64,000 nucleotides of DNA from Lobosporangium transversale. Taxonomy: Eukaryota. The stretch spans positions 744,001 through 808,000 of the forward strand of contig NW_019028988.1 in the NCBI RefSeq assembly GCF_002105155.1. Reading direction: 5' to 3'. The notes beneath the pieces were generated by a model, which saw nothing but the letters and a program-made list of their open reading frames with translations, was not told where the DNA came from and did not search any database. This document shows, piece by piece, positions 63,436 through 64,000 of the stretch (positions are counted from its first letter, which is position 1; every line of letters starts with the position of its first letter). Position numbers and translations under genes: made by a program.

Positions 63436-64000
63436 GTTTACTAAAGAAGGGAGAATAATGGTGTAAGAAGAGATTGTTATAAAAAAAAAATTAAAAAAAG
63501 AGAAAAAAGTCGTGAATGTGACATAATAGCACATTCGGTATAATGAAAAGCACGTGTGTTATGGGCATGTTTTTTTTTTGAGACCATCCTTTGCTCATCT
63601 GTTAAGGGCTCACCAATCTCGAACAAGGAAAGTATTGCGAACTGGATTTATTCTTTCTTATTCTTTTTTTTTTTTTATCTCTGTTGGGCATGCCAGCGTC
63701 AATGGAAGCGAAAAACGTCCATTGATTACTACAGCATGCAACCATATAATTAAGCTAAAGAGAAGCCATTGAAAGGGTCCTATAATACTAAACAATTGAC
63801 TTTTGAAATTATTTAACCATTAAAACATTATACATTGACAATATCAGTTGCCTATTACACACTAAGCCTTATTATTAATTGTACAATGAATAAGAAAAAG
63901 AATATGAGCATTATTGGATATAAAACAGATAGGATCGTTAAACAATTCAAGCATTTAGCGCACAGTTCTGAGATATTCCATAGAGTGAATTACTATCCGT

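Overview
This is intron-rich eukaryotic DNA with short GT-AG introns and very long poly(A)/poly(T) runs. Gene content and style suggest an early-diverging fungus (Mortierellaceae-like; inference). About 15 host genes are recognisable: a WBP4-like U1 zinc finger, a BSD-domain protein, PMS2/PMS1, a GST, LCB1, a family III CoA-transferase, an FAD monooxygenase, a C2H2 factor, CENP-H, a DUF4460-like protein, a P-type II ATPase, a Sec7-PH ARF-GEF, a type II NADH dehydrogenase, a C2-domain protein and two hypotheticals. Mobile DNA comprises a full-length Tc1/mariner element (44051-45385) with atypical AC flanks and a 119-bp hAT-type MITE with an 8-bp TSD (43543-43661). The most notable feature is a decayed, intron-containing Fanzor/TnpB-like RuvC gene on the minus strand (~15736-18465), apparently joined to an N-terminal FEN1/XPG (PIN-like, H3TH) nuclease module. 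A ~44-nt motif ending 86 nt after its stop codon recurs alone at 59163-59206. It is a candidate omegaRNA or element right end, with a possible stand-alone 'ghost' copy. All motif assignments were made by eye and no database searches were run. Exon boundaries of multi-exon genes are approximate.
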